Assembly (NCBI GenBank): GCA_963737155.1
Contig: CAVTRN010000002.1
Span: 1,184,001-1,248,000, forward strand
Length of the DNA: 64,000 nucleotides
Source of the DNA: Nitrospirota bacterium
GTDB lineage: Bacteria > Nitrospirota > UBA9217
Direction of reading: 5' to 3'
Shown: one piece after another, positions 50,506 to 60,429 of the stretch
How the letters are laid out: the number at the start of each line of letters is the position of its first letter
Position numbering within the stretch: position 1 is the first letter of the stretch
Notes under the pieces: model-generated
What the model saw: the letters and a program-made list of their open reading frames with translations, nothing else
Database searches by the model: none
What the model was told of the DNA's origin: nothing
Program-made: the position numbers and the translations under genes

Positions 50506-51292
50506 AATGCCTGTACTCTTCATCGGGCACGGCTCGCCAATGAACATCATTTTGGACAATAGCTACACGCGGAGTCTTTCGAGGTTGGCCGCGATACTGC
50601 CCAAGCCGAAGGCAATTATGGTGATCTCCGCGCACTGGCTTACGAAAGAGACGTCGGTAACCTGCATGGATAAGCCGAAAACCATCCATGATTTTTACGG
50701 CTTTCCCGATGAATTGTATGCGCAGCGCTATCCGAGTCCCGGAGCGCCGGATGAGGCGCGAGAGACCGTGGATCTTGTGAAAAAGATCAAGATCGCTTGC
50801 AGCAGCGAGTGGGGGCTGGATCACGCGTCCTGGGCTGTGCTCAAACATATCTATCCCAAAGCCGATGTCCCCGTATATGAGATGAGTCTTGCCTACTCTT
50901 ACAATGAATGGCATCCTCAACCGCTTCGGGACCATTATGATCTCGCAAGAGAGCTCACCGAACTGCGGCATCGTGGCGTGCTAATCATCGGTAGCGGAAA
51001 CATTGTTCACAATCTCGGCATGCTGGATGTTGAAAACATCGATGCCTTGACCTTCGACTGGGCGGGCGAATTTGACGAAATGATAAAAGAAAGCCTCATC
51101 AAGGGCAACCATGATGCCCTGTTGCGCTACCATGAGTTCGGACGATCGTCCTTCATGGCCGTGCCGACTCTTGACCATTATTTGCCCATGATTTATGCTG
51201 TCGCGCTCCAGGGGAAAAAAGAACCCCTCACGTTTATTCATGAGGGGTTTCAGTATGGGTCTATTTCGATGCGGTGTTTTAAGATTGGATGA
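50495..51292 (+). CDS. ygiD: 4,5-DOPA dioxygenase extradiol (LigB-family, YgiD-like)
   Basis: FIGHGSPM, ISAHW, HDFYGFP, GLDHASW, GSGNIVHNL, PTLDHYLP. Confidence 0.88.
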   Translation: MANRMPVLFIGHGSPMNIILDNSYTRSLSRLAAILPKPKAIMVISAHWLTKETSVTCMDKPKTIHDFYGFPDELYAQRYPSPGAPDEARETVDLVKKIKIACSSEWGLDHASWAVLKHIYPKADVPVYEMSLAYSYNEWHPQPLRDHYDLARELTELRHRGVLIIGSGNIVHNLGMLDVENIDALTFDWAGEFDEMIKESLIKGNHDALLRYHEFGRSSFMAVPTLDHYLPMIYAVALQGKKEPLTFIHEGFQYGSISMRCFKIG

Positions 51293-51555
51293 ACACGTAT
51301 TATTATCTGCTTCTTCCCCTCGCAATCTTTTCTCGCATCGGCTGTATTTTCTAGCAGAGGACGGCGGTTGCTATAGATGATACAACGCAGGAATATCGGT
51401 AAATCCCTCGATCACGTCCTGCAAAAAATCCTCGGTGCTCCCTGACTGTCCTTCATCAGTCCTGCCGCCATTCTAACTTCATAAGAGCCATATTTTATTC
51501 CTCTCCTAACCTCTAATATGTTATACTCTTTTTATTATTCGGAGGGACACACTCC

Positions 51556-53490
51556 ATGAAAACCATGCGAACAAAAAAGAACGACAACGTGCTCTACGGC
51601 TTAAGCCTGCTGACGGACCACGACATTTATCTATTTAAGGAAGGGAACCATTTCAAGCTTTACGAGAAGCTCGGCTCACACCTGTTGACTGTCGATGGAG
51701 TCGAAGGAGTTCTCTTCGCGGTCTGGGCGCCAAATGCGGCTAAGGTCTCGGTCATCGGCGATTTTAACGGATGGAACAAAGACAGTCACCTGCTGAGCAT
51801 TCGTCATGATGGTTCGGGAATCTGGGAGGGGTTTATCCCTGGAATTGGGCAAGGGACGATCTATAAATATTTTATTCTCTCACGACAGCAGCACCACCAG
51901 GGAGAGAAAGGCGATCCATTTGCATTTTACTGGGAGGCGCCGCCGAGAACCGCGTCCGTAGTATGGGGACTGTCTTATGAGTGGAGCGACGGAGAGTGGA
52001 TGAAGGGTCGTCAAGCTCGCAATTCGTTGCAATCCCCTTATTCAGTATACGAGCTTCATTTCGGCTCATGGCGTAGGATCCCCGAACAGGACAACCGATC
52101 GCTCTCCTATCGCGAAATGGCGGCATATCTTCCCGAATATATCAAGGACTCGGGTTTTACCCATGTGGAATTTATGCCTGTCATGGAACATCCCTTTTAC
52201 GGTTCATGGGGCTATCAGATTACCGGTTTTTTTGCACCCTCGAGTAGATACGGAACACCACAGGATTTCATGCACCTAATCGAACGTCTACATCAGGAGG
52301 GTATCGGCGTGATCCTCGACTGGGTGCCATCTCACTTCCCCGGTGACGCGCACGGACTGGTATATTTCGACGGCACGCACCTCTACGAACACGAAGACCC
52401 GAAGCAGGGTTTTCAACCAGAATGGACGAGCCATATTTTCAATTACGGACGGTATGAGGTGCGCAATTTCCTGACCAGCAGCGCGCTCTTCTGGCTTGAT
52501 CGGTATCATGCCGACGGGCTCCGGCTCGACGCGGTGGCATCCATGCTCTACCTCGACTACGCGCGAAAAGAAGGGGAGTGGATCCCGAACAAGTACGGCG
52601 GAAGGGAGAACCTCGATGCCATTGCATTTCTCCAGAGTCTGAACCGCGAGGTTTACCGTGCTTTCCCAGACGTGCAGACTATTGCGGAAGAGTCCACGGC
52701 CTGGCCTCTTGTATCGCGGCCCAGCCATGTGGGTGGGCTCGGCTTCGGCATGAAGTGGAACATGGGATGGATGCACGATACCCTCGATTATTTCACCAAG
52801 GACCCGATATTCCGCAAATATCATCACAACGACATCACCTTCAGCATCTGGTACGCGTTTTTCGAGAATTTTATGCTACCCTTGTCCCACGACGAGGTGG
52901 TCTACGGCAAAGGTTCACTCGCTGGCAAGATGCCAGGGAACGGCCTCCAGAAAATGGCGAACCTGCGGCTCTTGTTCGGCTACCAGTATACCCATCCTGG
53001 CAAGAAGCTTCTCTTTATGGGCGACGAGATCGGTCAGTGGGCCGAGTGGAACCATGAGCAGAGCGTAGAATGGCACCTGTTACAATACCAGTCGCATTAC
53101 GGTCTCTGGCTATGGGTGCGAGACTTGAACAGACTTTACCGCAGCGATCCGGCGCTGTATGAACTTGACTTTGACAATGCGGGTTTCGAGTGGGTGGATT
53201 TCAGCGACCAAGAAGCGAGCGTTATCAGCTATCTCAGAAAGGGGCACTCGGGTCGCGATCCGGTGCTCGTAGTTTTCAATTTCACGCCAGTGGCGCGCAT
53301 GAATTATCGCGTGGGAGCCCCGGAAGGCGGCTTCTGGAGAGAGTTATTGAACAGTGACGCCCGGGAATACGGTGGTGATGGGCTCGGAAACTTTGGTGGT
53401 CTCGAAGCGACGAACGTTCCATGTCATAACAGAAAATATTCTCTGATGATCACTATCCCGCCACTCGGAATGGTTGTGTTTAAGAGGTGA
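51556..53490 (+). CDS. glgB: 1,4-alpha-glucan branching enzyme
   Basis: FAVWAPNA, YELHFGSW, SWGYQ, DWVPSHF, GLRLDAVASM, IAEEST, LSHDEVV. Confidence 0.96.
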   Translation: MKTMRTKKNDNVLYGLSLLTDHDIYLFKEGNHFKLYEKLGSHLLTVDGVEGVLFAVWAPNAAKVSVIGDFNGWNKDSHLLSIRHDGSGIWEGFIPGIGQGTIYKYFILSRQQHHQGEKGDPFAFYWEAPPRTASVVWGLSYEWSDGEWMKGRQARNSLQSPYSVYELHFGSWRRIPEQDNRSLSYREMAAYLPEYIKDSGFTHVEFMPVMEHPFYGSWGYQITGFFAPSSRYGTPQDFMHLIERLHQEGIGVILDWVPSHFPGDAHGLVYFDGTHLYEHEDPKQGFQPEWTSHIFNYGRYEVRNFLTSSALFWLDRYHADGLRLDAVASMLYLDYARKEGEWIPNKYGGRENLDAIAFLQSLNREVYRAFPDVQTIAEESTAWPLVSRPSHVGGLGFGMKWNMGWMHDTLDYFTKDPIFRKYHHNDITFSIWYAFFENFMLPLSHDEVVYGKGSLAGKMPGNGLQKMANLRLLFGYQYTHPGKKLLFMGDEIGQWAEWNHEQSVEWHLLQYQSHYGLWLWVRDLNRLYRSDPALYELDFDNAGFEWVDFSDQEASVISYLRKGHSGRDPVLVVFNFTPVARMNYRVGAPEGGFWRELLNSDAREYGGDGLGNFGGLEATNVPCHNRKYSLMITIPPLGMVVFKR

Positions 53491-53672
53491 ATCTGGTCAG
53501 TTCTTTTTGTGGGGACCGTATTTCTCTCATTGCTTCAAAAAAAGTCATTGTCTATTTCCTGATTTTCACTGCTCGCAACCGCACCCAAAGTCTTTTGTTA
53601 ATGGCAGGAGAATTCCATCGACTTTCCCATGCGCTGATCAGAATCTGCTAAATATGTGCGCCAGTTATTATC

Positions 53673-54926
53673 CTACTTTGTCACCACAACAATCCCTGAG
53701 TCTGTGACGATGCATCCCCGCATTCGGTCGTTTTCAGGATCGAAACCGATGCTTATACCTTCGGGGATGAAGATATCTTCGTCGATTATTGCTTTTCTTA
53801 TTTTGGCGTGACGGCCGATTTGTACGTTCTCAAAGAGAATGGAGTCCTCGACCACGGCGTAGCTGTGAACCTTGCAGGACGGCCCAAGAATCGACCGCCG
53901 CACGATCGAGCCGCTGGTGATGCAGCCGCCGCAGACGAGGGAATCTATGTTTTGACCGCGCCGCCCATCGTCGTCGAATACCGTTTTTGCTGGAGGGAGG
54001 TTGCCCTGGTTCGTCAGGATCGGCCAACTATAGTTATAAAGGTTCAGCTGCGGGCTGACACTGATGAGATCCATGTTCGCCTCATAATAGGAGTCAATGG
54101 TTCCGACATCTTTCCAGTAGCCCCGTTCGTTAGATTCCATGCCGGCTGGGCAATTGTCGAAAAAGCTGTACGCGAACACTTTGTTCTTCTCAGCCAGCAT
54201 CATGGGTATCACGTGCTTGCCGAAATCGAGGTCCTCATGACTACGCTTGCCTTCCTTCAGGATGTCGATGAGTTTCTTCGCCGAGAAGATATAGTTGCCC
54301 GTTGAGGCAAAGCAGGTGTTCCTACCTGGTATGCGGGGAGGATTCTTGGGCTTTTCAACGAACGAGGTGACTCTCAGGTCTTCGTCCACACTTAGGACGC
54401 CGAAGCGCGTAGCATCGTCCGAGGAAACCTCAAGTGCGGCGATGGTGATGTCTGCCTTGCTCATCCTGTGGTATTCCATCATCTGTGATATGTCCATCTT
54501 GTATATATGGTCGCCCCCGAAGATGACTACGAAATCCGCGTCGGACGATTCAATGAATCTCAGGTTGTGATAGATGGCGTCAGCAGTGCCCGTGTACCAC
54601 TGCTCGCCGATATTGTTCGTTTCCGGCGATATGGTATCGTAAAACTCGCCTAGCCCTACCCACCGGCCCCAGGATTCCTTGATGTGTTTGTTGAGTGAGT
54701 AGGCACGGTACTGGGTCAGGATATAGGCCCTCCGTATGCCAGAATTGAAGAGGTTACTCAGCACGAAGTCGACAATTTTGTATTTGCCTCCGAACGGGAC
54801 CGACGGTTTGGGCCTGCCGATGGTAATCGGGCTGAGGCGCTCCCCTTTACCGCCGGCAAGGACCATGGCGATGGTATTCCGGGAGATGTTGGCTGTATTG
54901 TACATGCTATTAGTCCCTCCTAGCAT
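53673..54926 (-). CDS. glgC: Glucose-1-phosphate adenylyltransferase
   Basis: LAGGKGERL, KPSVPFGGKY, GTADA, GDHIYKMD, FVEKP, YWKDVGT. Confidence 0.96.
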   Translation of the reverse strand: MLGGTNSMYNTANISRNTIAMVLAGGKGERLSPITIGRPKPSVPFGGKYKIVDFVLSNLFNSGIRRAYILTQYRAYSLNKHIKESWGRWVGLGEFYDTISPETNNIGEQWYTGTADAIYHNLRFIESSDADFVVIFGGDHIYKMDISQMMEYHRMSKADITIAALEVSSDDATRFGVLSVDEDLRVTSFVEKPKNPPRIPGRNTCFASTGNYIFSAKKLIDILKEGKRSHEDLDFGKHVIPMMLAEKNKVFAYSFFDNCPAGMESNERGYWKDVGTIDSYYEANMDLISVSPQLNLYNYSWPILTNQGNLPPAKTVFDDDGRRGQNIDSLVCGGCITSGSIVRRSILGPSCKVHSYAVVEDSILFENVQIGRHAKIRKAIIDEDIFIPEGISIGFDPENDRMRGCIVTDSGIVVVTK

Positions 54927-55231
54927 TCGGTATGAATATCCATCGTATGGTGGAATGATAACAAGTGCGATGCTAACATTTATATTTTAACAAATTCTAC
55001 TTGTTTTTGCTGAAGAACCGGGAGAACGGTGCTTTGGCCGGAAATACGTCAAGGCCGAAAACGCTCTTAAAAAAGGCCGGCTCGAATCTGCATGCCTGGG
55101 CGAGAGAGACGCACTATACAACAATCGATTGACAGGATTCACTTGATTGTGTTATCCTCCGCGCCGTAAAACTCCGTCCCTGACATGGATATAAGGCAAT
55201 GAGTACGATACAACCAGATAAATATTTTTAT

Positions 55232-55375
55232 AAAACAGTCCCGAAATACCTAGCAGCTCTGCTGCTGGGATGAAAAGGACATCCTGGCGAAACCAGGATA
55301 AGTCTCCGGCCTCTTTGTTGTGCTTTTCTAAGGTTTCAAGTTTCGAGCCCCGCAGCTCCTCTGCGGGGCAATTCA
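55232..55375 (+). mobile_element. Non-autonomous IS200/IS605-derived palindromic mini-element (PATE-like)
   Basis: Two related hairpins, CCTAGCAGC/GCTGCTGGG (55249-55269) and GCCCCGCAG/CTGCGGGGC (55347-55369), ending in TTCA and preceded by TTTTAT. Confidence 0.6.
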
Positions 55376-55539
55376 CTCATCGGTGGCCACATGGACCGGA
55401 TGTGCGAAGGCATGCTGGACGGTCTGTATCTGCCGCAGCTGCAGGGTTTGGATGCCGCCGTGGATGTGTATGTTGCGTTTAAACGATAACTGTATTCTCA
55501 GGTTCGTAAATTTTATCATGGAGGTCATACCCGTAGCTC

Positions 55540-55548
55540 TGCTATAGT
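55540..55548 (+). promoter_or_regulatory. Extended -10 promoter for the ncRNA candidate
   Basis: TGCTATAGT lies 7 nt before the first paired base at 55556. Confidence 0.6.
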
Positions 55549-55555
55549 GACCATA

Positions 55556-55747
55556 AAGCTTGGGATTCCAAGGGGGCGCTAAGCATCGCCTTGGTCACCT
55601 GTGAAGTTCAATGGGCTGCGGGTGAAAACGAAGGAAGCAAGTTTACTCCTAAGCTCTACGCCATTCTGCCCAGGGGCCATGATTGCCACGGAGTCAAGTG
55701 TGGGTGAAGACCACCTTCAGGCAGGGGCCGATGTAAATCTTAAGTTT
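55556..55747 (+). ncRNA. Structured ncRNA candidate (~190 nt), raiA-motif-like
   Basis: 12-bp terminal helix (55556-55567 with 55736-55747) and nested helices; segments AAAACGA, GAAGCAAG, AGUGUGGG and AAGACCA; upstream promoter and downstream U-tracts. Confidence 0.6.
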
Positions 55748-55774
55748 TTGCCTTTTTGTATGCCCAAGGAGACC

Positions 55775-57247
55775 ATGGCGTCATGGATTAGAAAAATAAG
55801 CGTTTTTTTGACTGAGCCATCGGATGGTGACCGTCGGGCGTATGATCAGAGATTAAAAGATTCACTCGATCTTGTCGGTCTGGAAATTCCCCTGACGGTC
55901 CTCAAGCGTCTGCCCGCCTTGGTCCGGCGCACCTCGCAGTTTTCGTGCATTGTGGGCAGCAGCGCAACAGGGTATCGCGTTATTGATATGGGCAGCGAGC
56001 GCTCTTATGCTATTGCTCTGGATCTGGGCACAACCAATCTTGTTGCCTTACTCTATGACAACATTGCCAACCGCGACATTTTGACCCGAAGTATTGAAAA
56101 TCCGCAAATTGTCTTAGGCAACGACATACTGACACGAATGCAGCATGCCATGTCCAATCGCGGCGAGGAATTGTATCGGTTGCTCATCGATGGCGTCAAT
56201 AGCCTGATCAAAACAGTCTGCAATGAGGCGGACATAAAATACAACGAAATACATGCCCTGTCCGTGGCAGGAAACACCGTCATGACTCATTTCTTCCTCG
56301 GCCTCGATATCAGTACCATTCCCGTTGACCCCTTTGTTCCCGTAGTGCGGACCCCGGGGTTTCTCAAGGCGGCAGAACTTTCTCTCGGCGTCAATCCGGA
56401 AGCCCTGGTCTATATATTTCCAAATGCCGGAAGCTATGTGGGTGGCGATATTACCTCCGGCATCGTGGCCTCGGGTATGCACCTGTCCGACGAGCCATCG
56501 ATTCTTATTGACGTAGGCACAAACGTGGAAATTGTTATCGGAAACCGGGAGTGGATGATCGTCGGGGCGGGGGCTGCAGGTCCTGCTCTTGAAGAAGGAA
56601 TCTCCCGGATCGGCAGACGGGCGCGGAAGGGAATTGTCTATGATGTCGAAATTAGCAATGGGAAAATCGCCTGCAAGACCTTCGACGAACAGGAGCCGGA
56701 AGGGATTTGTGGATCCGGCATGGTGAGCCTCCTCTATGAGTTGTACCGCGCTGGAATTGTCGACCAAAGCGGCACTCTTGTTGAGGGAACGCTGGTTCGG
56801 GAGATTGACGGACAACGGGTGTTCTCCCTAGCTAGCGGGAGAGGCGACGGGCTTGTCATAACCCAGGCCGAAATTCAGAACTTTATGATGTCCAAAGCGG
56901 CTATGTTCACCCTGCTACTAGTCTTAACACGGTCCGTCGGCATTTCATTCGGCGATATCAAGCAGGTCTTTATTGCAGGTGCTTTGGGGACTGGTATTAA
57001 TCCGGTAAAGGCTGTGGGCATTGGCATGCTTCCAGCCTGGCCTCCGGAAATCGTCAAGCCCCTCGGAAACTCTTCTCTTCTTGGCGCAAGAATGCTCCTT
57101 GCCGACGTAGACATGGTGAAAACGAACGATGCTCTTGTTGACAAAATCACCTACAAGCACATGCACGATGATCCTGAATTCATGAAGGAGTTCCTCGGTG
57201 CGGTATTCATCCCCCACACTGATCCGAAACTCCTGAAGGCGGGATAA
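55775..57247 (+). CDS. ASKHA-type ATPase, corrinoid reductive activator (RACo/DUF4445) family, lacking the N-terminal 2Fe-2S domain
   Basis: AGGAG RBS before ATG 55775; DLGTTN, NPQ, AGNTVM, YVGGDI, DVGTN, AGPALE, GICGSG, GNSSLLGA. Confidence 0.87.
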   Translation: MASWIRKISVFLTEPSDGDRRAYDQRLKDSLDLVGLEIPLTVLKRLPALVRRTSQFSCIVGSSATGYRVIDMGSERSYAIALDLGTTNLVALLYDNIANRDILTRSIENPQIVLGNDILTRMQHAMSNRGEELYRLLIDGVNSLIKTVCNEADIKYNEIHALSVAGNTVMTHFFLGLDISTIPVDPFVPVVRTPGFLKAAELSLGVNPEALVYIFPNAGSYVGGDITSGIVASGMHLSDEPSILIDVGTNVEIVIGNREWMIVGAGAAGPALEEGISRIGRRARKGIVYDVEISNGKIACKTFDEQEPEGICGSGMVSLLYELYRAGIVDQSGTLVEGTLVREIDGQRVFSLASGRGDGLVITQAEIQNFMMSKAAMFTLLLVLTRSVGISFGDIKQVFIAGALGTGINPVKAVGIGMLPAWPPEIVKPLGNSSLLGARMLLADVDMVKTNDALVDKITYKHMHDDPEFMKEFLGAVFIPHTDPKLLKAG

Positions 57248-57319
57248 TCGACTCAGCCACGATTCCCACGGACAAAATTCAAGCGCTCCCCCGACTGCTG
57301 AATGCGCTTTATATGTCAC

Positions 57320-57607
57320 TTATGCTGAATGGCGAATCTTATCGCGCTCCTCTATGTATGCTGTTTTCCCCGCATCGATGGCGGTTTTGACCGCCCCTTT
57401 GCTCTTATCATACAGATCTTTGCTCTTCTCGATCGTGGATGTAATCTTTTCACGGGAATCTGTGGCTATATCCCTTATATCTTTTCGTAATTCCTTCCCC
57501 GATTTTGGCGCCAGTAAGAGTGCAACACCAGCCCCGATCACTCCCCCTACTAAAAACGGAACCAGCACGGAACCTTCTTTTTTTTCATTTACGATGTCTT
57601 CTTTCAT
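57320..57607 (-). CDS. YtxH-domain protein
   Basis: FLVGGVIGAGVALLLAPKSGKELR. Confidence 0.9.
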   Translation of the reverse strand: MKEDIVNEKKEGSVLVPFLVGGVIGAGVALLLAPKSGKELRKDIRDIATDSREKITSTIEKSKDLYDKSKGAVKTAIDAGKTAYIEERDKIRHSA

Positions 57608-58002
57608 GGTGATCCCTCCTTTGATGACTGCAGATTTTTAACCAATGTTACAACCCCTGTCTTGATGCCGGCTTTTAATCCGGCAAAATTCGCTTCGGCT
57701 GCGGGGCCGAATTCTTCCTGGAGATATCCGTATAGTCCCCGTACGCCTTTGTCCAGGCTGGCAACTATATGCGAGATATGCCTCACCTCTTCCGTTATCG
57801 TGCCGACGTCGTCCGTTATCTTACGGGCATTTTCGAGCGTTCCTCTGAGCTCTATCAGCGTGCTATTTATATTGTTTTCCGTGCGCTTGATGAATTCTTC
57901 CAAGGTCATGCTCATCCGTTTCAGGCTCACCGAGGAAACTATTGAGAATGACGCATAAACAATGAACGATACGACGCCGATGCCTAAAATTATTTCTAAC
58001 AT
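57604..58002 (-). CDS. DUF948 (YoxC-like) membrane-anchored coiled-coil protein
   Basis: AGGAG RBS, N-terminal TM then coiled coil; coupled to the ytxH-like gene. Confidence 0.75.
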   Translation of the reverse strand: MLEIILGIGVVSFIVYASFSIVSSVSLKRMSMTLEEFIKRTENNINSTLIELRGTLENARKITDDVGTITEEVRHISHIVASLDKGVRGLYGYLQEEFGPAAEANFAGLKAGIKTGVVTLVKNLQSSKEGSP

Positions 58003-58332
58003 GATCGCGCTCCTTGCACTAAGTATAGCACAGGCTTTTTTTAATTTAAGGATATATTGATTTCGTAAATATAGGTTCGACACGCTGTATGTAGTAATCA
58101 CTGCGCCGAAATTGTCCTTAGATAAATTGTTGATTGCAGATGCAACTTTAGTCGTATTATCATTTTTCCCCAACGAGTTCGTGGCACACGAGCATACTTG
58201 GCGTGGAGCAGCATGAAATCATTCATTCTCCCCGAACGCCAAGGTGGTCGGGCATGTTGTTTTTTCCTGTGTGCTATGGTATGGTGCAGAACATTTGACG
58301 GCAATCATCAAGTACGATAGAAAGTATTCGAC

Positions 58333-58983
58333 GTGAAAAAAGCCGATATAAAAAAAACTGGCGGACTCTCGAGGCGTTTGCATTTTCCGGAAGATGAGAA
58401 AAGACTGATCTGGCTGCCTATGCTTCTCGACGCCTATGCTATAGCGGACACTGGAATATCAGTCGCCATCAGGGACGAGGAAAAAAAACATAAGAAAAAA
58501 TTAGCATGCGGAAAAGGATGCGGGAATTGCTGTGTTCATCAGAAAGATCTGCCGCTTTATCCCCACGAACTGGTGGGCATCTACTGGTATGTATCCGAAA
58601 AGATGACGTCGCCGGAAAGGAACATTTTAAGGGACCGGATGGATAAGCACAAAGCCGGGTCGGATTGCCCTTTTCTAATAGACGAATCCTGCTCGATTCA
58701 TCCTGTCCGTCCAGTCGGCTGCAGGCAGTTCAACGTTTTCGTCACTCCCTGCTATCCGGGTGAAGATCCCTATTATACGCGGCGGAACGATGTTCTCGAT
58801 CCGATCACAGATTATACAGAGCGTGTTTTTACCGCGGTGATACCTTTCTATAATTTGAAAAAGGAAAGGGATCTCTCGGCAACAATCAGGCTTATCCGAA
58901 GTCAGATCATGAATATCCAAACATTTAATTGGAAAAAACTGGTTTCGATAATGGACGATACAAGTTTGAGCAAGTCAAGATAA
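58333..58983 (+). CDS. YkgJ-family cysteine cluster protein
   Basis: CGKGCGNCC, CPFL...CSIHPVRPVGCR. Confidence 0.88.
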   Translation: MKKADIKKTGGLSRRLHFPEDEKRLIWLPMLLDAYAIADTGISVAIRDEEKKHKKKLACGKGCGNCCVHQKDLPLYPHELVGIYWYVSEKMTSPERNILRDRMDKHKAGSDCPFLIDESCSIHPVRPVGCRQFNVFVTPCYPGEDPYYTRRNDVLDPITDYTERVFTAVIPFYNLKKERDLSATIRLIRSQIMNIQTFNWKKLVSIMDDTSLSKSR

Positions 58984-59019
58984 AAAGGGCTCATCCCGGA
59001 TCGGTGTTTAAGGTTGCTC

Positions 59020-60429
59020 TTATTTTTTGCGCACCCGCGCTGGTTTCGGAATTACCTTATCCCGGAAGAGGGGCAGCTGTTTTGCTATCAGCAAAACTGT
59101 CAGAAGGACGGCAACTGGGTAAAAGGTAAGCAGATTTCGATAGAAAACAGTTCCGAGGGTAAAGTGATAGTTGTAAAAGCTCGTGAACATGTAGAGCATG
59201 ATGAAGAACATTTCATAGCACACCACAACTACGAAGAGGTGCAGGATCTCATTGCTGGGTTTTCCTCCGAGCACGACAAGGATCGGGAGCAGGGCAAAAA
59301 AGAGATTGAAATTTTGGAGGGAAAATACCTTCATGATGACGGACCCAATGATCTCAGGATGGAACACCAGTTCTAGTTTGATGAATTCCGCGCCCAGCCC
59401 GAGTGCATGGGAAAATTTAAACGCGTACCAGGGTGCAACCAGGAGCAGGGGAGCGAACAGGGATGCCAGGTGCCGCCACTTCTGGGAACGCATTTCGTAA
59501 GAACGCCATATCCAGACAGCAGCGGAAAGCAGCAGTGGTGCGACGAAAAACAGCGATTCGTCCTTGGTGAAAAGGGCTTCGGCGGAGAAGAGCGCGACGA
59601 GGGGCAAGTAAACCCACTTTCCCCGCATTGTATACAGGAAGCATGCCGATGCGAGAAAAAGATAAACGCTTAGGGGCATATCACTGTAGACTTCCACAGA
59701 GTGATAGGACAGGAGTGGAGAACTGAGAAACATAACAAGAAGTCCCAAGGCCGCTAGCCGATTGAGCTCCCTAGCTGCGATGACATATAGATAGCCAGCC
59801 AGAGCAAGAAGGTAGACGGGGCTCCAGAATTTGGCCAGCACCTCGTCAAAGCCTCCTGTCCACATGCTCAGCCATACCTGCATCAACGGGTTATGGAGAG
59901 GATAGGACGTGATTCGCAAGACCGCTCCTCGCGCGAAAAAATCCTGCGCTGGTCCGTCAAGCAGCAGGCTTTTCATGGAGTAGAAAAGTTTTGCCCCCAC
60001 TGACCAGTTTGCCCAGGCATCCCATCCATAGATTGGACGAAATCCCGTTTCAAAAAAAATGGAAAGGAGTTTAATCCCTGCCCACAGCGCCAGCAGAACC
60101 ATCGCGGTTTTCTTGGTTCGCGACAGGTCTCGTGATGCCAACTCGTCCCAGAGTCCGAAGCGGAGCGGCGGAGCGAGCGGTATTTTTTTCCAGACGACCG
60201 AGGCGCATAGCAGCACGATCTCCAACGCGAGAGGAGGCAGAGTATAACGCATCGTCAGGGGAACGCGGAGCAGCCCGAGAATGAACATCTGCATGGTGAG
60301 CATGCCCGCACCGAGGGGATAGGCAAGGCACATACGTTCGAACAGGCCGGCATCGCGATCATTGCGGAGCATCAAGGAGAGAACAAAGTACCCGAGCATC
60401 GACGGAAGCAGAAGGGCCAATAAGATCAT
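59020..60429 (-). CDS. Polytopic membrane protein, GT-C (PMT/ArnT-like) glycosyltransferase candidate
   Basis: More than 10 TM helices; luminal GWDAWANW, SYPL, YSDMP and TKDE motifs. Confidence 0.65.
   Translation of the reverse strand: MILLALLLPSMLGYFVLSLMLRNDRDAGLFERMCLAYPLGAGMLTMQMFILGLLRVPLTMRYTLPPLALEIVLLCASVVWKKIPLAPPLRFGLWDELASRDLSRTKKTAMVLLALWAGIKLLSIFFETGFRPIYGWDAWANWSVGAKLFYSMKSLLLDGPAQDFFARGAVLRITSYPLHNPLMQVWLSMWTGGFDEVLAKFWSPVYLLALAGYLYVIAARELNRLAALGLLVMFLSSPLLSYHSVEVYSDMPLSVYLFLASACFLYTMRGKWVYLPLVALFSAEALFTKDESLFFVAPLLLSAAVWIWRSYEMRSQKWRHLASLFAPLLLVAPWYAFKFSHALGLGAEFIKLELVFHPEIIGSVIMKVFSLQNFNLFFALLPILVVLGGKPSNEILHLFVVVVCYEMFFIMLYMFTSFYNYHFTLGTVFYRNLLTFYPVAVLLTVLLIAKQLPLFRDKVIPKPARVRKK

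Noticed and set aside
55556-55747. Cobalamin, SAM or SAH riboswitch in front of the corrinoid activator
   Set aside because: No GGGAA/B12-box, SAM-I core or SAH consensus is visible; retained instead as an unknown or raiA-like RNA.
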